A stretch of 64,000 nt of DNA from Phoronis australis (Eukaryota; Animalia; Phoronida), in contig NMRA01000009.1 of NCBI GenBank assembly GCA_002633005.1, forward strand, positions 1,800,757 to 1,864,756, in the 5' to 3' direction. A program made the translations under genes and the position numbers. Shown here piece after piece: positions 24,401 to 36,424 of this stretch; the first letter of the stretch is position 1; every line of letters begins with the position of its first letter. Below the pieces are notes generated by a model. That model worked only from the letters and a program-made list of their open reading frames with translations. It was not told the DNA's origin and made no database searches.

Positions 24401-25749
24401 GTCAACTGTTATTTACATTCTTTGGAGATTTTTTAATGAAATTAATCACCTTTAAACCCTAGCACAACTCTTTGTTTATACTTGTTCCAAGGTCACCTGT
24501 ACTCCTGCACTAAGGACATGAAGGTTAAATTAATCACCCCCTCATGTAACTTGTTTGAAGCCCTTGTGATTCATTGTAAATTTATGTCAATCAGAGCTGT
24601 GAAGTGTGAATACCGTATGAGAGTAGTGAGAGTATTGGACTTTCATTCCTCACCTGTGTTCTAAATTTCTATTATTGGTTATGATTTTGAAATACAAAAA
24701 TTATTTGTTTTGTCTTAGGAGAACAAATGAACCACGGCTTCTCCAGCTGTTTACATACTTTGTGAGGTGATGCGCGAATTATGGTTTTAAATATAATATT
24801 GACTTTGACACTCTTAATTGGGAATTATTTACTCTATTTTTGGATATAATTGGCATCTCATTTTCTTGAGAATATGCTGTAGTGAAAAGCATTACTTCTG
24901 ATGTACAGGTTACTTTGCAATGTCTCTTGGTGATTTGCCAGCTCTCAAATTGAAAGCAGACAATTCTCAATTTGACATTGTTGGGGCCAGGAGATTGTAA
25001 ACCCATGAGAACAATTTGTATTTATTCTTTCTAAGTTTAGAGTGATGGCCCTTGTAAATTTTCGTCATTTAGACCAAACATCCAAACTTAAGCATACTTT
25101 GGAGCAGGGTAACTGTGCGTCTTAACATAGACCAATTTCAGTCTTAATTTTGGTCATAAGAAATTTCATGAAATGTGGCTAAGACAGATTGGTCTTAAGG
25201 TAGCTTGACTTCGGTCACATTCATGATTAATGAGACTTGAGAAAGAGTCCATGAGCTGTGTAAATAGATTCTGGAGCCTTGTTTGCATTGCGTAAGCTGT
25301 ACTTTTTGTGTGCAAAAGCCATGTTTTGTGAGTGTGGGGACATGTTAGTTAGTGACTGAACAGGATAAGTAATAAGTCAACAGGTTCTTGATTCATGTTC
25401 ATGTGTTCATAGCAATGTTCATGACTGAGCAGTGTTGTCAGGCTAGAAAAAGTGAGTGTGTTGCCAGTGTTTTGCAATTACGCCTCGAAGCCTTGGATTT
25501 GTTGTACATCCTGGAGGGTCATATTTTCAAAACAAAAAAGCAAGTCACAGTGTTCAAGAAAAACATGTACTAGTTCAGTTGTGATGAGTTTGTCTTCATG
25601 AGAGATTTACTCCACTTTAATTGGGCATATGGTTAAATAGAAAATAGTTTTTGTCTCCTTGATTTATTTGTTGAGTAACTTATTTAAATATTCAGCTGCA
25701 AATCCCTTTCTGTAACTGGTAGTGAATATCAATTCCCCTCCCTGCATCC

Positions 25750-25836
25750 GTTCCCTTCCCTCCACCCGTTATCCTCCCTCCACCCGGTCCCCTCCCTCCA
25801 CCCGGTCCCCTCCCTCCACCCGGTCCCCTCTCTCCA
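25750..25836. repeat. 18-bp C-rich tandem repeat (CCCCTCCCTCCACCCGGT), ~4-5 copies
   Basis: Visible tandem array; G-rich on the minus strand. Confidence 0.85.
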
Positions 25837-25896
25837 CTCATTTCCATCCTCCACACATTTGGGTTGCCTGCATGTTTTTAGTTTGTAAATGTACCT

Positions 25897-26409
25897 GGTT
25901 TTACAGAATTGGTTAAACGCACGACACTTTTCGTTGTTCACAGTCTTTATTCCGTTACGTTCGTATCGGAACAAAACTTTACTCTCAACTGAACATAGAT
26001 ACAGTAACTGACCTAGCGACATGATTAAAAGACACACGATATTTCGAAACATACTTGTTTCATTCTCAAGTGAAGATAAACTGACGCAGTAATGCCACCA
26101 CAGAGTATAAGCTGATGACACACACAGTGAGACACGGCGGGTGAGAAATACTGCAAAGAATGACTAGAGAAGGAGGGTAAAAAATAACATTTCTAAAGCA
26201 AAAGTCTGCCCCGTTGCACAGTGTAGTGTTGTTTATGAGTTTGTATGCCCTATGGACTTCGTTCAAACGTCGAACAATGTTATATTGGTCAAACGGTTTG
26301 CAGTCTTTCCCCCTTGAGAGTAGAGTTTTGTTCCGAAAGTATGAACGTAACAGAATAAAGACTGTGAACAATGAAAAGTGTCATGCATTTAACAAATTCG
26401 GTATAACTG
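25897..26409. mobile_element. MITE with ~95-bp imperfect TIRs
   Basis: 25897-25989 is an inverted match to ~26314-26409 (e.g. GAATTTGGTTAAACGCACGACACTTTTCGTTGTTCACAGTCTTTATTC vs GAATAAAGACTGTGAACAATGAAAAGTGTCATGCATTTAACAAATTC). Confidence 0.7.
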
Positions 26410-29040
26410 AAAACTTGCTCCTGAAGTACAGCCAAATGTACCTGGCTGAATGCTGACTATTGGCCCCTCCCACTTACCCAAATTGTGTACAAAAGCCATG
26501 CCTAGTACCTATTGTTGTTAATTTCAATAGTTGGTTGTGTGCATTTGCACAGACTAACACTGACCTGGGAGAGAAGTCAGTACATTTACAAACAATTTAT
26601 TATGTAACCATACATACTGGGTGCATGTTTTATTATTATTAATTGGTCTAGATTTAAAATGCATATTCTGTTTGTTAATACCCCAGACACCATCTGAAGT
26701 GGGTAAGATTATGTACATGTTGTTACTATGTTAGAGGTCTATAAACATTTACATAGGATAATGATAGTGTTTGTATTTTAGGTATGGTATTATATGTAGA
26801 TTAGGATCTCCTAAAACTATTAAATTCCAGAACTGTTTGTAATTCAGAAATACCCGTGAATATCTATTTTGTCGTGTTTGTGTGTTTAATGACTATTAGT
26901 CAGCCCTTGCATTTGTATTTTAAGAAAATAAAAAATTGCTATGAACTGTACAAGGTACGTAAACTACATGGTTAACGGACTGCTAAACACAGTGTCTAAT
27001 GCAAATACACGACTGACGTACCTGCAAACATTGTTCACTGACTCATTACATGGGATCAGAATCACAAATCATGATTGATTCACCAAAATACATAGTCAGA
27101 GACTCGCATTCAAGTTGAAACACAGCACACAGACCACCAAACATGGCTTATGGCTTAAATGTGGAAATTGGTTTTGACAGCTGTGTAATGGGTGTGGAAT
27201 TAAATATAATTTTGATCATATGTTTGCCTGTAGTGGGATGTAATTGTTGTGAATTTGAAACAATAAACCGCTTATTTGTTCTACAATTTATTGGCGTCTA
27301 AATTCTTTTTTGGAACATCAATTCTCAATTGCGTCAGTGTGAGTAGCGACTTTTGTTTTCTTCTGCTTTCTTCTCAAAATGACATAGATTGTTCAAACTC
27401 CGTAAAAAGACCCTCTTTTTCAATTCCCTTTCTCCCTAGTAATAATCACTATTTCGCGCTACTTACCTGGGAAGCCAATGAATCCGTGGCCGTGTATTTG
27501 GCATGCTTTATCTTAGTGAACTGTGTTTGGCGGTCCGTGTGCTGCGTTTCAACGTGACTGTGAGTGAGTGAATGAATCGTGCTTTGTGAGGGCGATCCCG
27601 TGTATGTGAGTCAGTTAATGGTGTTCGCAGGTATGTGAGTTGTGTTTTTGCATCCAACACCATGTGTAGCAGCAGTCGGTTAACTGTAGTTTGATTACTA
27701 CCTTGCTCTAATGTTGGCGATAAGTACTCCCTGACTCAAATTAAGATTCCTTGGCTTAGGCACATGGCTGAGTAAAGTAAACACTAAGTATTGACCTGTC
27801 CAGAATATCAACATGTGTTAAGGTATGATGTAAAATACAATAAAACTATCCACTGAAGAATGCAGACACAAGTCTCTCTAGACTTAAAGCAATTTGATGT
27901 GGGTCAGAATATTGCAGTCATGCATTGATCATGGATGCCCTGAGAAATTTGATGCCCTATTTTCGAAAACCTGGGTGAACATTTCGCCTGTGTTTTTTGA
28001 CAGTGATGTTATGACAGTGATATTAGGATTCATAACGTGAATACCATGTTTACAGGGGTTTTTAAACATCTATCATTCACTTGTGCCTCCGTGCATCCCA
28101 TATATATTACTGGAAAGTACCATGTAGACAGGACTATGTGATTACAATTTAAGCAATGAAAATGTTAGTTAAAACCCAGTTTGTAATGCTTTCTGTGTTC
28201 TGCATGAGTTTGGCTGTCATTACAGATACCTTGCGAACTGTGACAAAATGTCAAGCAATTGTTGGCATTTATAGTTGTCTAAGTAATCTAAACGCTCTTT
28301 ATTCTCATGTAAATCAAGCTTGCAGGGATGATTGTTGATGTTGAAACAGTCAAAGAACTCCATTTGTTTGTCTCATGTTTTACTAGGAAGTAAACACTGT
28401 ACTAAAAAACTGAGACCACTCCAACACATGAAACAAAACAATAGTTTCAAACTTTCTCTGCTTGGGCCTAAGTGCGACATGGCCTTAATAAATAAATCAG
28501 TAAGTGGGAAAGGAGATTGTAACTTTTAGATCTGATTTAAATGTTATAACTCTTGGTGTGAACACTGTAGAATGACTTTGAAAGTTGCAAGTGTAGCGCA
28601 GGTAACCCTCTGTGTTAAGCAGGAGGCTATAATCATTGGAACTCGCTGTAAACACGGCAGTTGCAAGAGTTACAACTCGCTAGACGGCGCTGTTATCAAA
28701 TCTAAAAATATGTTACCACTCTGAAGTAGTTGGGCTAACTGTTATGCAAAAGCAGCTTCAGGTCAGACTGTGTAGGCAAAGTTTTATGTTTGTTCACTTC
28801 AACAATTGTGTAGGTGTATCATAAATTCCACACAAGTTTGAGGTAATGCCTAGTGATGTAACTATTGTACACTTTGAATGAAAGGGCTTGAGCTGAGTTA
28901 AAGTACAGGAGAACTTTTCTCACTTCTACTGCCATATAATTATCACTATTGTGTTGCTGTTTTATAAAAGTTTTAGCTGAACCTAATTTGGCACTCTTAT
29001 TGCTATTCAATGTCTACAATCATTCCTTTTTGTTTTGCAG

Positions 29041-29095
29041 GTGAAGTGCGACGTCGGTGTAGCTCCAGAGGTATTTTATTTACCCAATGGATCAG
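29041..29095 (+). other. Candidate 5' leader exon of EEPD1
   Basis: Strong acceptor TTCCTTTTTTGTTTTGCAG| and donor CAG|GTAAG. The downstream coding exon has an acceptor at 36371 (TTTTCCAG|). A further candidate donor CAG|GTATGT lies at 27630. Confidence 0.45.
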
Positions 29096-31257
29096 GTAAG
29101 CGCTCAACCTTGACTTCTTAAAACTCTTGTTAATGCCCATGTTCAACTGAACTCCCACCCCCTGTTTTTGTGTTTCTCAAATTAAGTGCCATAGGCGGTA
29201 ACCCGGATGAGTAAGGTAATGTGACAAATAGGAGGATAATTAATAAATATTTCTCAATAGCATTTGCTGTTAAAATTGGTTTTCATCAGTTTCACTCTTT
29301 TCCAGAATTTGTACAGTTTGCCTTGACAGACATTACATCAAAGATGTTGTGTTCATGCTCTTGGTTCATTCTTTTCAACTTCAGTGTGCAGTTTTCTATG
29401 ATGGGATTGGCGTATACTAACTTGTGTGGGCGTTTGTCATGTGCCTGGTACGCCCTTTCATAGACATTTCCCCAATTTCATGATCTGGTTGATGTTTCCA
29501 ACAAAGTTAACTTATCTAGCTCATAATCGGACAATGTCTCCCGGCTTCCTATTTTGTGTGTTTAGTGACAAGGCATGTTTTGAGTCTTATGGTACTAAAG
29601 CAGTTATTGAGCTATAAGGTAAGGTTTGTTGCTGTATTGTAATGGCCTACAGACTTCCATCACTTACGGTAGAAATTAACGAGTTTAGCACTGTGAAAAA
29701 ATAAATATTTTGAACCTGTCCTAAATTATAGAAATAGGCAATATTGACCGTCTGAAATTCGAGAAATATGTGAAAGACAGCAAAATCGACGGTGTCGACG
29801 ACCCAAACATTTCATGTAGAATACAAAAGAGGATAGTGAGAATGTGAGTACAGAGATATATTTATAATATGAACATTTTTAACGTATACTTCACAACAAA
29901 CTAGGACATGGAGTTTTGCTTTTCACAAAGTCTGTTTTAACGTGACACTGAACAACATCGTTTCGCCGATTCGGGCGCATGGCATAGTGAAGGTCGTGGC
30001 GCTGGGAGGAAGGTAACTGGGCCGCAGAAAAAAATATTTTTATATTCCCTGGTCTTTTTTCTTTCAGAAAATATATAGTTTTACTAGTTGACAAAGTCTA
30101 GTTTTTGATAAACAAGTTAGAATGGAGGCCACTAAATAAGGTTTGAGATATCCTTAACTGTATGGGGAAAGGCCCTTTAATAGTTGTGTAGGACCTAATC
30201 AACAAGTCTGTGTGCATATTTAGCCTATTTACAAAGTAATTTGGAGCTTTAATCTTGAGTCAATATTGCATGGTGAACATGGGTCAAAGTATTTCTAGGC
30301 CATTCCGGCATTGTGATCTATATCTATTGTGCAAAGTTCAGTAATTAGTCAGAATGACCTGCAATAGCTTTCATACTGGGTGCATTGTTGTCTGAGGATT
30401 ATACACATAGTCTGTCTGTAAATTGTTATTTACAGACAGGTTAGGATGGGAAAGGTAGTTACCCCTTGGAACACAAGTTTCACAAAGCAAAACATTTCCT
30501 GTGGTAGTTGCGTGACCATAAATGTACCAAAGTATAGCACTAGATGCTAACAAACATAGAAAAAGTCAGTTGATGAAACAAGTTAGCGGTATATGCGCAG
30601 ATAACAGGTTTCAGAGAAATGTCTTATTCCCCACGTCATTTTACCAACATTATATCTGATGTAAAGTTTATGTCCCGGTTTTAGAAAAGACGTCGCATAT
30701 TAACCTGCTGATCTTTCTGTTTGGAAACAAGGATATTTTTTGAGGGATCCTTCTCGCGGAAATAGATGAAAGAATTGGTTTTTGGATGTGACCCTTTTTA
30801 ACGAAAGATTTTTTTAGTTTGGGATGTGAATTCTTGTGAAGGAAATGTGTTCCTACTGACAAGAACACGATTGATGTGGATCTTCAAGATGGTGCAACTA
30901 TTGTTGGCATATTAACTTGAAACAAGATGAACTGATTTTTGCAGTTCCTTGAGGGATGTTCTTGGCATTTGGCAAACAATTTATCAGAAGGCAATGACAC
31001 CTTCCTATTTTTGGCTGGGACTGGCATATTCTGTGCCATCTAATGGCCATCAATTTTGTTATCCTTATGGATACTCATAAGCATGGTGTTAGTAGTCCAA
31101 TGGTGGGTACATTTCAACGCTTCGTGTTACTCTTCTTTTTGTGTGAGTTCCATAATTTCTAGTTTAGTCATCAAATTGACAATGTGAGGGTGAGAGTTGA
31201 CGATTCATTGTGAGAGTTCATGAACTGACGTAACGGCTAGCATAATTTTCATCAGCA

Positions 31258-31452
31258 CTTTGACTAGTAGTAGGAACTCTAGTGTCGTGGATGGCTACAA
31301 GGGCAACTTTGACTAGTAGTAGGAACTCTAATATTGTGGATGGCTATAAGGGCAACTTTGACTAGTAGTGGGAACTCTAGTATTGTGGATGGCTTTTAGG
31401 GCAATTTTGACTAGTAGTAGGAACTCAAGTATTGTGACTGGCTACAAGGGGC
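31258..31452. repeat. 49-bp tandem repeat, 4 copies
   Basis: Unit CTTTGACTAGTAGTAGGAACTCTAGTRTYGTGGATGGCTACAAGGGCAA. Confidence 0.9.
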
Positions 31453-32606
31453 ACTTAGTGTTATGCAACTGTTTTCAGTAGCACTTGTGTAGCCAGGCCA
31501 CTTACGTAAAATGACACACATGCACACTAAATAAAGGCCATGGTAATTGTTGCCCTAATCAATTAGTATTATAGTGCCCTAAGTAAAACCTCTTGGGTTT
31601 GGTACACAGTATGGCGGACAGGTGGAATTTTGTTTTGTCAAATTTCTCAAAATAAGTAATTTTTCAGAAAAATTTACTTTGCTTTTGGCATGGTTTGTTT
31701 GGCGTAGCTATTGCCCGACAACGTTTGATAAAATTTTGGGCATCATGTGAAAAATAGAAATATGGCAGTTTTAACATTTTTTGTCCCAAATTGAAGAATC
31801 TTTACCGCAAATGTTCTTTGACATCAATTTTCACTTTAAATGCAATTCAGGTGGCAAGGAAAAAAAGCTGCTGGTGAAAATTACCCCTAATGCCAGCATT
31901 TTCACCACTACAAATTGCAAGCATTTTTTACCTGTCATGTGAGGCTTGTGTTATTTTGGTCATGTTTCTGTCATCAGTGAGTAAGACATAACTTTGTACT
32001 TGTAGTTAGAAGACACATTTAGTCTTTGGATCAGTGTCTCCAAGGAAACCACAGTATAAAGTATGCCTTGGGTAATCCCCCACTTATTATAGACCATTCT
32101 TAACAAGATCTCATTAGTACTAATGTCTAATACGGATGATGCTAAATAAAGCAACACAATGACTGTGTCCACTTTGTTTACAGGTGATCTCTTTTGTACT
32201 TTATTGAACTTTTGTTTTCACTGAAGAGTTCATCCGAAAGGGACTTCACTAGCTCCAGGAACATACAGTTAAACAAAAGATTCAAATGTTATGCAGAAGA
32301 ATTCACATCACATAGACTGGTAAATGAGTATCATATCAGCACAGCCCCTAGTATGCAAATTAAGTCTGGGCCTCAGGTATTTTGTGGTCTCATTTAATGA
32401 CTACTGTAATCTTATGAAAGTTTATACTGGTAATGGTATTGGATATACAATGTTTAGTATGCCAGTTGCTGGAACACTCTGGTTTTTGGATGAATTCGTC
32501 CCTGTGGTGGCTATTGTTTGAATAATCCACTACTGATATCTAACTCTGTGAATGGATCTCATTAAGGGTTCTCTGCTATGCTTTATTGGTTCATGGCTTC
32601 GACTTA

Positions 32607-33049
32607 AGTCGCTTTCCCATTAGAGGTGAAAATTTACTTTTACTAAAGTTTCGGTAATTGGGAAAGGTTAACTCCGGTTGTTAATCTGCAAGTGAAACTT
32701 CGCTTAAAATAGTAGGTCTTAATAGCTAAGCTTCAGTACTCACCAAAACTTTGGTGTAGTGGAACAGTCAAAGCGAAGCTTTGTCAAAGTTGTCAATAGA
32801 GGTTGCTTCAACGATATACGATCACGCGAGACTCCCTAAACGAGTTCTGATGAAGAACGACACTGATCATTTTCATAAACACTTGTAAGTGGCAGGAGAA
32901 CAATTTTCAGTTAGCCTCGGCTTAAACCCACTCCTTAATATTCGTTTGAGAGTACGAATGAACTGCGTCGTCTGTTGTCATAGCGATGACTTCGACATCG
33001 CTGGCTAGCCAGAAAGGTAATCTGAAGTTCCCCTAATGGGAAAGTGACC
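32607..33049. mobile_element. PIF/Harbinger-type MITE
   Basis: TTA|AGTCGCTTTCCCATTAGAGG ... CCCCTAATGGGAAAGTGACC|TTA. Confidence 0.6.
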
Positions 33050-33142
33050 TTACTGTTCTTGAGTTATTCAAGATTTTATGACTGCTCTTTTGTTGAATAA
33101 TTCCTTTTTGTATGTTTTCTGTTAAATGTGGCTGTTTTCTAT

Positions 33143-33441
33143 GGAGATGTTTGATAGAATGGCCATGAATGGTACTGAGACGTTTGATTGAATGGCCTTG
33201 AATGGTATTGAGACATTTGATTGAATGGTCATGAATGGTATTGAGACGTTTGATTGAATGGTCATGAATGGTACTAACACATTTGATAGAATGGTCGTGA
33301 ATGGTATTGAGACGTTTGATTGAATGGTCATGAATGGTACTGAGACATTTGATAGAATGGTCGTGAATGGTACTGAGACATTTGATTGAATGGTCGTGAA
33401 TGGTATTGAGACGTTTGATTGAATGGCCCTGAATGGTACTG
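33143..33441. repeat. 33-bp minisatellite, ~9 copies
   Basis: Unit GAGACRTTTGATWGAATGGTCRTGAATGGTAYT. Confidence 0.92.
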
Positions 33442-33658
33442 TATTTCTTATCACCAGTGTCATATCTGGCTCTTCAGACCCTTTCATACTAATGTTGTCG
33501 CGTCGAAGTTTTGGGGAGTTACGGTAAATATAAACGGTTAACTTCGGTCCTGGATTGAAGTTAACAGTTCCAGCTTATTTCGCAGTAAACATTTGGATCT
33601 AATAGTGGAGTGTTGACGCTGCAGTGCAGTATGAACGGTTAACTTGGGTCCCAATTAA

Positions 33659-34415
33659 AGGACAGTGTTGTCGCTAATATTTGCTTATATTTTGCTCGAT
33701 TAATTACCAATCGAATTAGAAATAAGTTTCATGTCAATTAGCACATATAAATGTTCCCAAATTGTCACATTACAAAAAATCCTAGCATGCACGAGATGCA
33801 CTAGCGGTATGTTGCGATTACTTCCATGACAGCAGGGTCACCTACCATTTACTTCGATGTCTGTTAAGTACCGAAGCCGATATGAACAATTCAGGTAACT
33901 TCGCTGTTTATGTCGACGCTCCACTCAGACCGTCCGGAGTTACGTCAGTACGAAAGGACCTTTTGACTATGTATGTTTACTACTTCTTTGAACGTTTCTG
34001 CGTTTATGCAGCATGTAGCTGTGGCTGTTGACTATTTATCAAAACAGAAGAATGTTTGTAGTTTTTGTCACCCAGATTGACTTAGTGTTGTTGGTTTTCA
34101 GTTTTGGCACTTGGATCGAGAAACTGATCTTCTGGTTACGCAGTATTCTCCACAACAGAAAGTTTTAACTCGACTAGAATTACAATATTCATGTATCCAT
34201 GTTCAAAAGTCCATGTTCACACTGTGGGGAGTTTGTGTGTTGAGTCTTCGAATAATGCATAGAACTACTACCAAAATGCCAAAATGGCCTAATCTCCAAA
34301 ACATTAAACTCGTTGCATGGGTTTTCAAACTTGACGCAAGAAAGCCAAACTCGTCACGGCATAATTCAAACTCAACACAGTGACAAGTCAAAACAGTTTG
34401 TGGAAAACACTATCA
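33659..34415. mobile_element. Dispersed repeat, possibly Kolobok-like non-autonomous element
   Basis: Begins TTAA|AGGACAGTGTTGTC with a degenerate inverted end GAAAACACTATCAT. Its right part (~34150-34410) is an inverted homolog of ~23445-23680. Confidence 0.4.
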
Positions 34416-34417
34416 TG

Positions 34418-34806
34418 AAGGAATTATTAGTCATGTTGATATTTGAATATCAGGAAGGAATTGTTAGTCATGTTGATATTAAATATCAGGAAGGAATTGT
34501 TAGTCACATTTATATTTAAATATCAGGAAGAAATTGTCAGGTTGATATTTAAATATCAGGAAGGAATTGTTAGGTTGATATTTAATATCAGGAAGGAATT
34601 GTTAGTTCGATATTTAAATATCAGGAAGGAATTGTTAGTCAGGTTGATATTTAAATATCAGGAAGGAATTGTTAGTCAGGTTGATATTTAAATATCAGGA
34701 AGGAATTGTTGGTCAGGTTGATATTTATATATCAGGAAGGAATTGTTTGTCAGGTTGATATTTATATTTCAGGAAGGAATTGTTAGTCAGGTTGATATTT
34801 AAATAT
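34418..34806. repeat. ~37-bp minisatellite, ~10-11 copies
   Basis: Unit GTTGATATTTAAATATCAGGAAGGAATTGTTAGTCAG, containing the palindrome TGATATTTAAATATCA. Confidence 0.92.
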
Positions 34807-36424
34807 GTGTAGGGGCACAGAGTGGTTATGATCAAGATACTTCAATGTTGCCTCTAGGTCATCCATCCCTTGTTTTGTTCTGTGCATGGCATATGTACTA
34901 CCAGTACATTATGCATAACTGAATTCACATTTATTTCTACCTGGCTGTATGTAGTGTCAAGGTCATCAGGCATGGCACTCACTCACCTGATGGACACTTT
35001 GTTTTAGTGATGGGAAAGTCCACCTGGTCGTCACCTATTCCACCCTTTCACTTCAGCCCTGGTCGCTCCCATTGCTTTATGCTTAGAGCTGCCTTTCTGC
35101 TAACTTTACGTCGTTTACACTTGAACCCCTGTGTTAGCAACAGCGAATATGGTAATCACTCTAGCTTCCCTCGTTGAGACTTGAGACTCTTGCGTCTTCA
35201 TAACTCAGCGCAGTTCTTGTTTTTTTTTCTAGAAATTGGACTAGCTTTTAGTGCGAGGGGTGTCAAGTAGTGAAGTAAAGTATCCCATGTTGAATTGTAT
35301 GTAGTTACTCTCTCATAAGTGTTATTTGATCCTTTGATGTGGACATGATATTCTAATGTTTCTGACCTCATCAACATCTTTACCCTCTGAGAGTTGATGT
35401 TAACGCTCTTCTCCAATGATGTGCGTCTTCTTTTGTAACTGACAAAAATGGCTTTTTTGATCTGTTTGGTATATTTTGTGGTCTCTGAAGTTTGGTTTAT
35501 TACATATTTGTATTTTATGCTTTTGAGGTCAGAGTAGGATATGAGTGGGGAATATTCAGTGCCATAATGCAGGGTTATTTCCTTTGACAGTGCTACAAAA
35601 GGTTGAATTGTTATACCCTGTATGTGATGCTTGGTTATTTTATGACTAGATGTTTATCAACACATCACTGTCTAGATCATTTGGATGACTGTTTTAGCTG
35701 CCTTTCATGTCTATATACTCAGTTGAATCACTAGTTCCTGTTGGTTCATGCTGGTAATTTTACTTGACATTATTTACTAAAGTGGCTTAAGATAATGTAG
35801 AGCTTCAAATTTGTTTAGTTTAAGATCATGTGAGCTTAGAGATTAATGTTTTCAGTACCTTGATTAGGTGGGCAAGTAGGTGTAAGGGTTACTTGTCTTT
35901 AACTGTAATTGCTGGTCCTGACCTTAAACTTTAGACATTTCAAGTTTTGTTATTTACCCAGTATGGATAAACTTAATTATGCTGTGCTGTTATGTTATTT
36001 TGTGTCAGTCTTGATGTCTGCAAAACCTAATTGTTCTTCAAGAAGAGAGGTAGACTAGACTTGCCAATATCCGTATGCCTAGTCTCATCATTTTGTATGC
36101 CTAGTCTCATCATTTCACTTGTTTACCTCCTTCTTTTCTAGCTGATCGTTTGTTTTGCTTGTTTATATATTTTTGTGATTTTTAAGCAGTTAAACTTTCC
36201 AGGACGCCTTGAAATATTTTGTATTGCGAACTACAATTCTTATCAATTTCAGAAGGACAAAATTTCGTGAAAATTCGATTGCTAAATATTTTCCTCTGGA
36301 TTTTGTTTTTACATTGTGTACTGAAGTGTTCTGTGCATTGTTTCAACAATTGCAATCTATGTATTTTCCAGCCATGTGAGTCAAATGATGAACTAGTGAC
36401 TGCGTACTAAAAGAACTCTCCATA

